Shown piece by piece: positions 1 to 11,962 of a DNA stretch of 64,000 nucleotides. Location of the stretch: assembly GCF_009914755.1 (NCBI RefSeq), contig NC_060929.1; one strand, written 5' to 3'. The notes beneath the pieces are model-generated. The model did not search any database. It had not been told where the DNA came from and worked only from the letters and a program-made list of their open reading frames with translations. Position 1 is the first letter of the stretch, and every line of letters begins with the position of its first letter. A program made the translations under genes and the position numbers. Origin of the DNA: the human T2T-CHM13v2.0 reference genome, Homo sapiens.

Positions 1-782
1 TGTCCCTGCTCTTCCCACCCGCTGTGGGCGTCTCAGCCCGTTGTCCCTGCTCTTCCCACCCGCTGTGGGCGTCTCAGCCCGTTGTCCCTGCTCTTCCCAC
101 CCTCTGTGGGCGTCCCAGCCCGTTGTCCCTGCTCTTCCCACCCGCTAGTGGGCGTCTCAGCCCGTTGTCCCTGCTCTTCCCACCCGCTGTGGGCGTCCCA
201 GCCCATTGTCCCTGCTCTTCCCACCCGCTAGTGGGCGTCTCAGCCCGTTGTTCCTGCTCTTCCCACCCGCTAGTGGGCGTCTCAGCCCGTTGTCCCTGCT
301 CTTCCCACCCGCTAGTGGGCGTCTCAGCCCATTGTTCCTGCTCTTCCCACCCGCTGTGGGCGTCTCAGCCCATTGTCCCTGCTCTTCCCACCCGCTGTGG
401 GTGTCCCAGCCCATTGTCCCTGCTCTTCCCACCCTCTGTGGGCGTCCCAGCCCGTTGTCCCTGCTCTTCCCACCCGCTGTGGGCGTCTCAGCCCATTGTC
501 CCTGCTCTTCCCACCCGCTGTGGGCGTCTCAGCCCATTGTTCCTGCTCTTCCCACCCGCTAGTGGGCGTCTCAGCCCGTTGTTCCTGCTCTTCCCACCCG
601 CTGTGGGCGTCTCAGCCCGTTGTCCCTGCTCTTCCCACCCGCTGTGGGTGTCCCAGCCCGTTGTCCCTGCTCTTCCCACCCTCTGTGGGCGTCCCAGCCC
701 GTTGTCCCTGCTCTTCCCACCCGCTGTGGGCGTCTCAGCCCATTGTCCCTGCTCTTCCCACCCGCTGTGGGTGTCCCAGCCC
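1..782. repeat. 41/42-bp minisatellite (VNTR) in NKD2 intron 3, truncated by window edge
   Basis: Tandem unit TGTCCCTGCTCTTCCCACCCGCT(A)GTGGGCGTCTCAGCCCGT, about 19 copies visible. Confidence 0.97.
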
Positions 783-3464
783 TTTGGGTTCCTTGGGATC
801 CAGACATCACCCTCAGCCTTTTCCTGAGAGGCCCAGCTCCAGCCCGTGTGCCATATCCCAAAGCTCCCCTCCCTGAGCCACCTGCCAGGCACTCACTTCA
901 TTCTACCACGTCCAGCATCCTCCCAGCCCCCGAGGCAGGAGGTCACTGCTGGCCTGGACGTGGCCTTGGTCCTGCCCAGCCGCATCCCAGGTGCCTCCCG
1001 AGTGCCCTGAGGTGGCGGTGGCTGCAGCCTAAGCTTGGCAGGCGCCTACCTTGCTCCTCACCACTTGGCATCCTGCCTGAGCCCCACAAACTGGCCCTCG
1101 ATGCCACGACAGCCCCGTAATTCTGGCAGCCTTGGGCCTGGCAGCCCAGTTTGTAGGATTAGCCCTGCAGAACAGGGTGGCCACAGGGGTGGTGACAATG
1201 ACCACAGGACATGGGCCAGGCTGTCACCCCGGCCCTTCTTTCCAGCTCCTGGGGGCCCCCTGGGCACAGCTCGAGAGCCACTGCTTGACCTGCCAAGGAC
1301 AGGGAGGTGCACCAAGGCCATTTCCCCAGTGGCAGAAACTTCGAGCCAGGGGCTCCACCCAACAGGGCCGTCCCCACCACAGTGCAAGGTGGCCAAGGCG
1401 CTGGGGAGCCAGAGTGCAGCCTGGGAGGTGCCTATGGATCTAGGGGTGCCAGGTGCTGCTGGTGGCGATGAAAGCTGTAGGAGAGGCCCGTCCTGTGTCG
1501 GGCGGTGTAGGAGCTGCGCCTTCTGGATAACGTCCCAGACTTGGGGTTCCACACCCACTCCAGAGGGACCCGGGAGCCCCGAGGTCTGGAAAATGCTGCC
1601 CGACACGCCCACCCAGTTCTCTGAAGCCTTCCTCTCTGTCTCTCTCCTCCCTCCCCGCTCCCTCTCCTCTGCCTCGGCTCCCATCACCTCCACCCTCCCA
1701 ACTCGTGGGGAGACGTTGGGCTCCAGGGGATGCTCCCAGCCTGGCCTCCTGGACACACTGTGGCCTTTGCCTGTTGATCGGGGTTGGTATTTCTAGAACC
1801 CTAGACCAGGGTTTAGGTCATGTCCCAGAGGGCCGTGACTTCACTGTGGACACCCGTGTGTTTCCCACCGGGCGTTCCACCAGAGCTGTGGCCAACAGCT
1901 GCCCTCACGAGGCCCAGGAGGGGACAGCGCCTCCTTGCATTTGCGAGACCTGGGAAAGGTGCCTGGCCGTGCCCACCTGTCCACTGGGAAGAGGACATCG
2001 CCCGCTCCAGGTGGCTCCCAGAGGTGCCTGCACCGGCACTTCCAGGTTGAAGGCCACCAGGATGATACCTGTGTTGCAGCTGCCTGGCGCCTCTGCAGGG
2101 GTTCCGACAGACGGGGTGGCTCTGGGGGGCAGTGGTGCTCCAGCTGCTGGGCGCTGCCGAGCGCTGGCACGTGGGGAACACACTCCTTTTGACTTTTCCA
2201 AGGAAGCTGGGGGTTGAGGTTTTGTGAGCGTCTCTCCGTGCCTGGCCGCCTGTGGAGGCTGTGGTTTGCATCTTACCGTCTGGGCTGGGACCAGGACGGG
2301 GGCTGGGTGCTGGGAGGACGAAGCGCTCAGCCCGGTGCCTGTGGCGGGGATCAGATGTCCTCACTGTCGTGGCGGGGACGTGGACGGTGGCCTCGGGGTG
2401 GTTGGCTCACAGACCAGGGTGGCCTTCCTGAGCATCCCGTAGGGCCGTGGGACCTGAAGCAAAGGCTACCTGTTGTTGACGCCGTGTGACAGACGCCTGC
2501 TGCTCATGCAGCTGCGAGGCTATGGGTTCTGGTCCCGGAGGCCTCCGTGGGTTGGGGTCAGACCCTCCTCCCAAATCTGAGGTGATGCTGAGTGAGGGAG
2601 TGGGGTTGAGCTGCTCAGGCAGATGCGGCTGCTTTCCTTATGGGATGAGGCCCCACGGGGCAGGCCCACGGTCGGGTTCCTGTCCTCCCAGGGGCCAGGA
2701 GAGCCCCCGGCATCACAGGAGGATGCTATGGGCGGGAGGGGACAACGGGCATGGGGAGGTCTGCAGGCCAGCCGTGGGGTCCCTGCTGACCTGGAGGGTT
2801 CTCAGGGATGCAGAGCAGTGGGACAGGCTAGAGGAGGCGCCTAGGCACCCCAAACCGGAAGTGCAGCTGGGACAGGAAGGGGGGCGGAACAGGTTGGGGG
2901 ATCACAGGAGGGTCTCGCTGGGGACAGGGCCAGAGGGATTGAGGGGGAGGGTTGGGCCCTCAGGAGGGAGTGAGGGTAGGGTGGGTCCTCAGGAGGGCGA
3001 GGCCAGGTGGGGGCTGCATCTCAGGGAGGGGCGCCCGCCCTGGGAAGCTGAGGCTTTGGTGGGTGCCGGGGCACATTGGGCCAGGCCTGCTGGGATCCTG
3101 TGTGCGGACTTGGCCTCTCAGAAGGTCTTCCCAGTGGGGAGGGGCTGCACATCTGGCCAGCGGCCCGGGGGCAGGTTTTATAAGTTGCAATTAAAGCTCT
3201 TGGCCTTCTAGTTAACCGAGGCAGCGTAGATTAAAGGGCAGTTTTATGCAACCAGGACAGATCTGATGAAATCACCAGCCACAGAGATGGAGTGGCTTTG
3301 ACTGTAGATGCTCATTTTTTCCCGTTTGATCCTCCCTGCATCTCAGAGGTAGCTGTTGACCTGGGTCTTAGAAAAAACACTGTGCGTTCGAGCGCTGAGA
3401 ATTCTAGGGAATAAGGGGATATTTTTTCAATGTGGTTTTCCTCTGTGTTAGGAACTCAGTCATG

Positions 3465-3595
3465 GGCTGGTTGGTGTAGTATTGGCTGGTTGATACAGCG
3501 TTGGCTGGTTGGTGCAGCGTTGGCTACATGGTGTAGTTTTGGTTGGTTATTACAGTTTTTATTGGTTATTGTAGCTTGGCTGGTTGGTGTAGCGC
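3465..3595. repeat. GT-rich low-complexity repeat (GGCTGGTTGGTGTAGC-like)
   Basis: Several degenerate GGCTGGTTG/GGTGTAG units. Confidence 0.6.
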
Positions 3596-4337
3596 GCGGA
3601 GCGTTTCCAGACATCAAACCACGGGTCTGTGCAGATTCTGTCTTGAACAGCTGCGCCCCTCCTTCTGTCACCCTGTGCATTTACACTCCTGTCTGTAACC
3701 AGTGAAATCCCCCACAAGTGCGCTCAGAATTTTTAGAAACACGGCACGGGCTGCATTTACATTTTCACTGTATTAGCTTCATGCGTGGAGTGCGTGATGT
3801 GCTGTTTCTCACTTGACATGTTCAGCAAATCGTGGGAAACACTTAAAAATCCTTAAAAAATACTCCACCCCGTCCAACCCGTCGCCCGCTGCCCGTCCTC
3901 AGGAGCCACCGCACCTCCGGCTCCTCTGAGTTCTGGCACTTTCCAGGAAGCCACTGCTGCTGCCCCTCATCTGGGCAGCGATGTGGCCTCCATGAGTGAC
4001 CTCAGTTAAGGCTCTTTAGCAAGGAGTGCTGTACGCGCTGGCCCTCAGGCCCCAGGGCACCTCACTGCTATCTGTAAGGAGGCTCAGGGCACCCAGCACC
4101 ATGCAGGAGGCCTGAGCTCTGCCTGCTGGTCTGATGGGAGGTGAACTGGGTGCCTGAGGGGGGATTGTGGTGCGGGGGGAGGGGGACTGAGAACCCTGGG
4201 GGCTTCACCACACAGGTCCCCTGCACCCTCCCCACATCCCAGAGGAGAAGGTCTGGGCTGGAGCTCCCAAGGGTAGACAGGGATGCCTCGGGGCACCCAC
4301 CTCAGCATTTAGGGTCACCTTCCCCTCCCTACCAGCC

Positions 4338-4510
4338 CTCCACAGTGGCAGTGCCTGCGTCCCTCAGCCTGGGCATTGGTGGTCTTGGCTGCCCCCCTCC
4401 ACAGTGACAGTGCCTGCGTCCCTCAGCCTGGGCATTGGTGGCCTTGGCCCCCCTCCGCAGTGGCAGTGCCTGCATCCCTCAGCCTGGGCATTGGTGGCCT
4501 TGGCTGCCCT
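4338..4510. repeat. ~58-bp tandem repeat, 3 copies
   Basis: CAGTGGCAGTGCCTGCGTCCCTCAGCCTGGGCATTGGTGG recurs three times. Confidence 0.9.
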
Positions 4511-6308
4511 TATGACACCATTTCTGTCGGCAGCCACCTCCAAGCACCTGCACGAGTCCACCTGAGGGGCTGTAGAGCTCCTGGTATCTGGTCCATCCCA
4601 CGAGGATTCTGTGCCCATGGGGGCTGCAACTCTGGGGCTCTGGGCACTGCTCTGCACTCCATGGAAGCCCACGACTGCAGCCTCACCTATTATTCTGATT
4701 TTGAAATAAATAAATAAATAACTACAGCCTGGGTTTTAGAGATGATTTGGTTTTATGCCAGCGTCCACCTGGACAGAGCTTTTCCCTCACAGCGGTGCCT
4801 CCCTGCTGTGTGGATGTACAAAGGCCTCGCCGGGCTGGGCTCATGGGGCCCCTCAGGCTGCAGCAGCCAGTCCCGGAATGTCGGGACTGCAGCCCCCAGG
4901 AGGGAGGCCTACTTTTTAATAATCAGCTGTTTTGTTTCTTATTAAAATGAGGGCAAGCTCTCCTGCCTCCCGCTGGGAGCTGCCCACCCTGCCTTGGCAC
5001 CGCCCTGGGCGGCCGGCAGGAGACCTCAGCTCTGGGGGGCCCTTGGCTCAGCCACAAGGGGGGCTGGGGGCCTGGGTCTCACTCAACAATATTCAGCCTC
5101 GGCAGCGCCACCTTAGTGCCCATGTGTGGGTGGGGGTCTGGTCCCTCTCTCCCCACCCAAGTTCTGGGGTGGCAGCTGGCCAGCCTGGAACCTTCCACCA
5201 TACCCTGTTTGGACCCTGGCCAGTGACCACGGTGGCAGGAGGCGCTTGGGGGGGTCCAGGTGCCCTCGAGGGTGACCCTGCTCAGCCTCCTGCCTGGGCC
5301 AGACTCCAGGAACCCCAGGGACCCCGGCAGGGCAGACAGCCCCATAGGAGGTCAGAAGAGATGAGGGGCACATGACCCCTGGTCAGGAGGAAAGGATGAA
5401 GCCGTGGGGACTGTGAGGGCAGTCCCAGCTGGGCAGCCCTGGGGTCCTGTGTCCACCCACGGAGACACCAACTCGGCACCAAAGTCATCTCCAGGGTCAG
5501 GCTCTGGCCGTCCAGGTGGACGGGACTGAGCTCTGTGCTGTATCTCCTTGTGGGCTTTCCACGGCTTTCCAGGGACCTGGAATCAGAAGCAGAAACACAG
5601 CTGCCCATCCCTCCCGCCCGCCTGCCCGAGAGCTGCCTGCTCTCAGGAAATGCTCCAGGGCGGTGTGTGCTGGGCCGAGGGGCTCCGCACCTCCACCACT
5701 GCGCAAGGCCCCTGCCCTGACCACAGTCTGTCTCCTTCTCTGTGTCCTGAAGGCTGCAGATTATTCATGAGAACCATGTGAGCTTCGGCTCAGCTGAAAC
5801 ACCGCTGGGATGTGTTTGAAGTTTTTCCCCATTTTCCGTAACTGGTCTCGGCCGGCAGCCCTATAAGAGGCATGTTGGGGTCCTGGGCAGCCATGCGGGC
5901 AGCGGCTGGAGTCCTCGTGTCAGGCTCCAGTGGGCAGTGCTGGGAGCAGGCCCCAGAGCAAAGGGGCAGTGTGTCTCCTCTTGCATTTAGGGTAATCCAG
6001 CATGGGGGCCCTGGCCAAGGGGATCCCCAGGGCAGCACTGACTGAAGGGGTCATTCCAGGCAGCTGCATCTTCCACCTGGAAATGCTTTGGGGAACCTGA
6101 CAACACAGGAATGTCTGTGTGTTTTGCTTCCTAAAATCTGAGGCTGAGTGGGGCACGAAGGGTTGGTGTTTCTGGACCCAGAGATTGAGACGCCCCAGGA
6201 GGCCTGAGGCGAGTGTCAGGCTCCAGTCCAGCCGCCCAGAGCTCCTGCCCATCTCCCCCGCCTGCCCACTGAGCTATGTGGCCACTGACTGCCCCGTTCT
6301 TCCTGCAG

Positions 6309-6369
6309 GAGCTGCCCAATGGGGACCCCAAGGAGGGGCCTTTCCGGGAGGACCAGTGTCCCCTACAGG
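6309..6369 (+). CDS. NKD2: NKD2 coding exon 4 (ELPNGDPKEGPFREDQCPLQ)
   Basis: cctgcag|GAG...CAGG|gtgagt, 61 bp, frame joins next exon. Confidence 0.93.
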
Positions 6370-7528
6370 GTGAGTGCAGCTCCCGCAGCCCTCCCTCCCC
6401 AAACTCACAGACTTCATCCCGTACCAAGGCAACGCCGAAAACCACCCTTAAAACAACCCCGTGTGCGGAGCGAGGGCACTTCCCAGGCTTAGACGCACTT
6501 TGTTCTTAAAAAGCCTTGGCAGCACAACTCACAGGGTCCTCGCTGGACTGGCAGCTGCGATCTGGCAGCAGAGACCAAAAAGGCCTGTCCCATGGGCAGA
6601 GCCCTAAGCGTTACCTTTATGTGTTTGGAGTCTCTGTGAGCCTGTGTTTGTGGATGGGGGTGGCTCTGTATAAAGGGGACCTGTGAATTTTCAAGTTAGC
6701 CCTGGGCTGGAGGATGTGTGAGATGCTGGCCCAGCCTAAGTCACTGCCACGCGTGTATGCCTCAGTGGCACCAGTCCTACCTGTGGCGCGTGGCAGGTCA
6801 GCACTTGGCTTACCTGTGGGTCTGTGGGAGGGTGCTGGGAGGCCAGCAAGCAGGGCCACCTTCGGATGGCTGCTGAAGCCAAGAGAGGCACCCACACCCC
6901 CTCAGTGGGAAGGCAGGCCCAGAGCATCGTCCCAGCTCAGGCTCGACGTGCACCTGTCTGCAGGTGCTGAGCCCGGACAGTCCCACACTCCTATCCTGGG
7001 GACGCAGCTTGCAAGTGCTGGAGAATAACGGAATAATTGTGCTCCAGAAACCAGAGGGCTGTTCATCCATCCTGCCCAGAGGCTGCGGGGAGGGGGCCGC
7101 CTGTTGACACACTCAGTGCACAGGTGGCCTGTGTGGCCTGTGGGCTCAGTGCTAGGATTCTGGAGTGGAGGGCCGGAGGGACTGTGTCTATGGGGAGGGG
7201 GCCCAATGATGACACAGGGAGCATCTCCTGGAGGCCCAGGCTATGTTCCCCTATCTGTGCTCCTCGGAGTCTGCTGCACCCCCAGCTCTGAGGTGGTGGT
7301 TGCAGTTGGGGGCCACCGTGGGCTGGTGAGAGGAGGGCACACCCGGCTGTGGCTGGCCGGGATAGGGCCTCCCTCCCCTCCGCAGGGGTCCCAAGATCGG
7401 GCTCTCAGCTCAGGCCCGTCTGGACAGGATCATGGTGTGGTGAGGGGAGAGCAGCGAGGGTCCCCAATGGCGGGCCACATCCTCCATGTGCCCTCTGCCA
7501 GCCCCTTCGCCTCCTCTTGTCCCCCTAG

Positions 7529-7656
7529 TGGCACTCCCCGCTGAGAAAGCTGAGGGCCGCGAGCACCCGGGACAACTCCTCAGCGCAGATGACGGAGAGA
7601 GGGCAGCAAACCGCGAGGGCCCGCGAGGACCGGGCGGGCAGCGCCTCAACATTGAC
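7529..7656 (+). CDS. NKD2: NKD2 coding exon 5 (VALPAEKAEG...QRLNID)
   Basis: ccccctag|TG...GAC|gtgggt, 128 bp. Confidence 0.93.
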
Positions 7657-8391
7657 GTGGGTCTCTCTCCGGCCTCACTTGCGGGAACACGTCCCTGGGG
7701 CCGGGGGCTCAGGGACAGGCATGTGTTGCCCTAAACTGGGCATCTGTGGACACGGCGTAGTTCACTCAGTCTTCCCCACAGTTCACCCCGTTTAAGGCAT
7801 TGAAGCAGAACTTGAATGTGCAAGCCAAAGTCAGCAGGAGCCAGAGAGTGCAGGATGTTGCTGTGAATTTGGCCAAAACTGACTGGTCTGGCATCAAATA
7901 ACTTGAGCCGCATTCCCAGCCTTGGTGCCCTTGGCACTACAGGAGTAATGCCAAAGCTGACTTGACGGACAGCCCGACTCTCTGCCCGCTGGAGGCAGGG
8001 CACAGGGCTTCCGTTTCCCGGGAGGGCTCAGGGAGGACTGGGGTCTCCGTGTCCAGTCAAGATTTCTGGAATTGACAACACTTGACGGCCAGTGTGTCCT
8101 CTTCTCCTTCTGGGTGACGTGGAGTGCTTGCATGAGCTGAGATAGGTGTCACTGTGGGGGAACCGAATCACAGGGCACAAAGCTGGGTCCCCCCAAGAAG
8201 GGCTGGAGCTGGGCAAGAAGGGGTCTGCTGGTTCAGGGCTTGAGCTCCAGCCACGCTGCCCTCTAGGCTCCGCCTTTCCTAGCTGGCTTGAGGGACCCCT
8301 GGGAAAGGCCCCAGAAGATCCTTCCCCCTGTGGAGTTGGGCGTGTTGGCGTGGGTAGGAGGCGAGGTCCCGGCCCCCACGTCCCCCCACAG

Positions 8392-8487
8392 GCACTCCAG
8401 TGCGATGTCTCGGTGGAGGAGGACGACCGCCAGGAGTGGACGTTCACGCTCTATGACTTTGACAACTGCGGGAAGGTCACCAGGGAG
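8392..8487 (+). CDS. NKD2: NKD2 coding exon 6, EF-hand (ALQCDVSVEEDDRQEWTFTLYDFDNCGKVTRE)
   Basis: cacag|GCA...GAG|gtaggt, 96 bp; Naked EFX motif FTLYDFDNxGKVTRE. Confidence 0.97.
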
Positions 8488-8912
8488 GTAGGTGAGCTTG
8501 TGTTTGCGTCAGGTCCACAGTAGTAGACAGACGGGGCAGACAGACTGTGCTGGCCTCGCGATACCTCAGGGGGCAGGAGGGGACCTGCCTGCTGCGAGGT
8601 CCTCATGCCAGCTGGGCTTGCGTCTCCCCAGGGCCCAGTTCACGTGTGTTTCTGGGCCGAGCCTGCGCCGCCCATTTCTGCGGCTGTGCTTCCCACACTG
8701 CAAGGCTGCCCTCAGGGCACTGGAGGCGCTCACAGGGCCACCTGGGCAGACCCAGGCTGCTCCGAGAAGATGCCTGTGTTGGTTCCTGTGGTCTGTTGGT
8801 GGATGCAAGGATGGCATAGGAAGGGGCGGGGGCTGGATGTGTTTTCTGGCAGGGAGGGCGGGTGGTGTCCCCTGGGGTCTGCTCTGTCAGTGAAACTGAT
8901 GCCGGGCCCCAG

Positions 8913-9060
8913 GACATGTCCAGCCTCATGCACACCATCTATGAGGTCGTGGATGCCTCGGTCAACCACTCCTCGGGCAGCAGCAAGACCCTCCGTGTGA
9001 AGCTAACCGTCAGCCCTGAGCCCTCCAGCAAGAGGAAGGAGGGTCCTCCTGCTGGCCAGG
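8913..9060 (+). CDS. NKD2: NKD2 coding exon 7 (DMSSLMHTIYEVVD...GPPAGQ)
   Basis: ccccag|GAC...CAGG|gtgagt, 148 bp; conserved Naked motif LMHTIYEVVD...KTLRVKLTV. Confidence 0.96.
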
Positions 9061-9144
9061 GTGAGTGAGGCCTGGGCACACACAGAGGACCCTACCCAAC
9101 ATTGGCAGGGGCCTAAGCTGTGTGCGCGGGACAGGGAGGGACAA

Positions 9145-9530
9145 GTGAGTGGATGGAGGAGTGAGTGGGTGAATGGATGGGTGAGTGAGTGAATGAGTAA
9201 GTGGGTGAGTGAGTGAGAGAGTAAGTGGGTGAGTAAGCAGATTAATGAATGAATGAACAAGTGAGTGAGTTAATGAATGAGTGAACAAGTGAGTTAATGA
9301 ATGAATGAGTTAATGAATGAGTGAGTGTTAATGAATGAGTGAGTTAATGAGTGAACGAGTGAGTTAATGAATGAGTGAACGAGTGAGTTAATGAATGAGT
9401 GAACAAGTGAGTGAGTTAATGAATGAGTGAACCAGTGAGTTAATGAATGAATGAATGAATGAGTGAGTGAGTTAATGAATGAGTGAATGAATGAGTGAAT
9501 GCTGAATGAAGGAGGGAGGGAGTGAGTGAT
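9145..9530. repeat. (TGAA/TGAG)n simple repeat filling NKD2 intron 7
   Basis: GTGAGTTAATGAATGA-type units. Confidence 0.93.
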
Positions 9531-9549
9531 GGCAGGACCCCCCTTTCAG

Positions 9550-9634
9550 ACCGGGAGCCCACCCGTTGCAGGATGGAGGGTGAACTGGCAGAGGAGCCAA
9601 GGGTGGCTGACAGGAGGTTGTCTGCACACGTCAG
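9550..9634 (+). CDS. NKD2: NKD2 coding exon 8 (DREPTRCRMEGELAEEPRVADRRLSAHVR)
   Basis: tttcag|AC...CAG|gtgagg, 85 bp, frame consistent with neighbours. Confidence 0.92.
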
Positions 9635-9949
9635 GTGAGGGCTGGGGTGCCAGGGTGGGGCTGTGCCTTAGGCGGGGGCACCCTGGCCACACCCCTGCTT
9701 CCCGCAGGCCACAGGCCACAGGCCACACACCATCCTCTAGGTCAGACCTGCAGGGGGCACCTGGTCCAGCAGCTCTGTGGGGCATGGGCCCTTCCAGCAT
9801 CTGGCACCCTGGCTGAGCTGGGCCCCCAAGTCTGTCTGAGCAGAGGGCTTTGAGGGGCAGCAGCCACAGCGGCCTTGACACCCTCAGTCTGGACTTGCTG
9901 TGGCTCGCTGTGGCTCCCTGTGGCTCCACTCAGCAGCTTTGGGGGCAAC

Positions 9950-10125
9950 AGGGCTGGGGGTGGCTGGGGCAGTGGCTGAGGGTGGCTGGGGCAGTGGTTG
10001 GGGGTGGCTGGGGCAATGGCTAAGGGTGGCTGGGGTAGTGGCTGGGGATGGCTCAGGCAGTGGCTGAGGCAGTGGCTGGGGGTGGCTGGGTGGCTGGGGT
10101 GTGGCTGGCGCAGTGGCTACAGTGG
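9950..10125. repeat. G-rich ~10-bp repeat (GGGGTGGCT/GCAGTGGCT), G-quadruplex-capable
   Basis: Repeated GGGG tracts separated by TGGCT. Confidence 0.85.
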
Positions 10126-10417
10126 TCCCAGAGTGGTGATCAGGTGCCACTACAGCATGAGCCACTCCCTAGAGCACCTGCGGCTCTGGTGCCTGGGAGG
10201 GAGTTCACAGGGTTCTGGGGGTCGGCTGTGACCTTGTTTCTCTGGACGGCACTTGACTGTCTGTGCCCAGGCGTCCACTCTCCTTCCTGCTCTGCGAGGA
10301 GGTGGGTGCTGGTCAGGATGCACCCCGGACCCCTGCCGCCTGCTGTAGGCACCCCGTCATCAGGGGTGCGCCACCCAGTCTGTGCGGGGGTCAGGCCCTT
10401 CTCTGTGCTCCAAGCAG

Positions 10418-10545
10418 GAGGCCCAGTACTGACCCCCAGCCCTGCTCGGAGCGGGGGCCCTACTGCGTGGACGAGAACACGGAGCGCAGAAACCACTACC
10501 TGGACCTCGCCGGGATTGAGAACTACACGTCCAGATTCGGCCCTG
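10418..10545 (+). CDS. NKD2: NKD2 coding exon 9 (RPSTDPQPCSERGPYCVDENTERRNHYLDLAGIENYTSRFGP)
   Basis: caagcag|G...CCTG|gtaggt, 128 bp; conserved Naked motif CVDENxERRNHYLDLAGIENY. Confidence 0.96.
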
Positions 10546-10932
10546 GTAGGTCCTGGAGGCCACCCTGGGCGTGAGGCCCTGGCTGTGGGTGCCCATCGAA
10601 GGTCTTGATTCCCACAGCCCTGAGTGCAGGGGGCCCCTCCCTGCCCTGCCCCGCCCCCCCCCACCCCCCCCACCCCACCCCACCCAGGACGGCACCCAGG
10701 TCCTTCCACAGCTACCTGTTGGTCATGGCTGCCTCCTGGCTACCTGTTGGTGCCGCCTGAAAGCAAGGCGGGCGTCCCGTCCAGGTGTGTGTATGTGGCG
10801 GATGCGGGGGTGCCTGGTTCAAAGTGAGATGGAAGACATTGGGTTTGCATTCAGGGAAACCCTGCCTTGGGGTGAGAAGTCAGTATTTTAGGGTGGAATC
10901 ACCGGCTCAGTCAGCAGAGGGGGTCGTCCAGT

Positions 10933-11300
10933 AGTGTGGATGGCTGGCAGTGTGGACAACAGGCAGTGTGGACGGCAGGGCAGGCAGTGTGGACAACAGA
11001 CAGTGTAGACAGCAGGCAGTGTGGATGGCAGGCAGGCAGTGTGGATGGCGGGCAGTGTGGATGGCAGCCAGGCAGTGTGGACGGCGGGCAGTGTGGATGG
11101 CAGGCGGGCAGTGGACGGCGGGCAGTGTGGACAGCGAGCAGTGTGGATGGCAGGCAGGCAGTGTGGACAGCGAGCAGTGTGGATGGCAGGCAGGCAGTGT
11201 GGACGGCGGGCAGTGTGGATGGCAGCCAGGCAGTGTGGACAGCAGGCAGTGTGGATGGCAGGCAAGCAGGTGGATGGCAGGCAGCATAGATAGCTGGCAG
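10933..11300. repeat. 16-20-bp G-rich minisatellite (GGCAGTGTGGAYGGCA)
   Basis: About 20 units of CAGTGTGGA core in NKD2 intron 9. Confidence 0.93.
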
Positions 11301-11677
11301 CCTGCCCAGCACACGTTTATTTCCGACTAGCAGCACCCCTATGTGGCCTGCATGGAGATTCTTGTACCAAAGCCCAGGCCACTCCCCAAGGGCTGGGGCC
11401 AAGTCTCTCTCATAACCCCGGCTTCAGGAGTCCCCAGGGGCAGGAGGGGTGGAGCTGGATCAGGGTCATGGGGGCTCAGTGCGCTGTGTGCTGACCCTGC
11501 CCTCCTTGGCCGCGCTCTGCACAGGAGCTGCACCCTACAGGGCTCGCACTGCACGTTGTGAAGGTGGCAGTCCTGAGTCCTTCTCAAATCTATTTTGTAA
11601 TGAGGGTTTAGGGGATGCGAATCCTGGGGGCGCCCTCCCTGATATAACCTGGCTTTCTGCCACGGCGCCCCAAGCAG

Positions 11678-11826
11678 GGTCTCAGCTGTGCGAGAAGAGA
11701 AGCTCCGCTCCCAGGACACACAGTGGGGACAAGGCTAGAGGAGTCGGCCTTTGCAGGGAGCTGTGGAGCCAGGCAGGTCACCCACAGTGGCCAGGCCCCT
11801 TCCCTTCAGGGCTGGTGGCCGTCTGA
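11678..11826 (+). CDS. NKD2: NKD2 alternative exon coding part (GSQLCEKRSS...SGLVAV*), short isoform
   Basis: ccccaagcag|GG acceptor in the right phase after exon 9, stop at 11824-11826, donor cag|gtggga after 11856; gives a 311-aa product, which matches my recollection of a short NKD2 isoform. Confidence 0.65.
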
Positions 11827-11962
11827 CTGCAGACTTGGCTAACAGACTGGCCTCAGGTGGGACCCCTGGCGCAGCTCTTCCAGTGGGCCCTGGGCCGTTT
11901 CTGAGGAGATGGGAACCTGAGCCTGCACTCCCAGGGCCTCACACTCTGACCTGTGTCCGCAG

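Noticed and set aside
24-892. Overlapping ORFs up to 267 aa in the first VNTR
   Set aside because: Translations of a stop-poor minisatellite on both strands; no splice or homology support.
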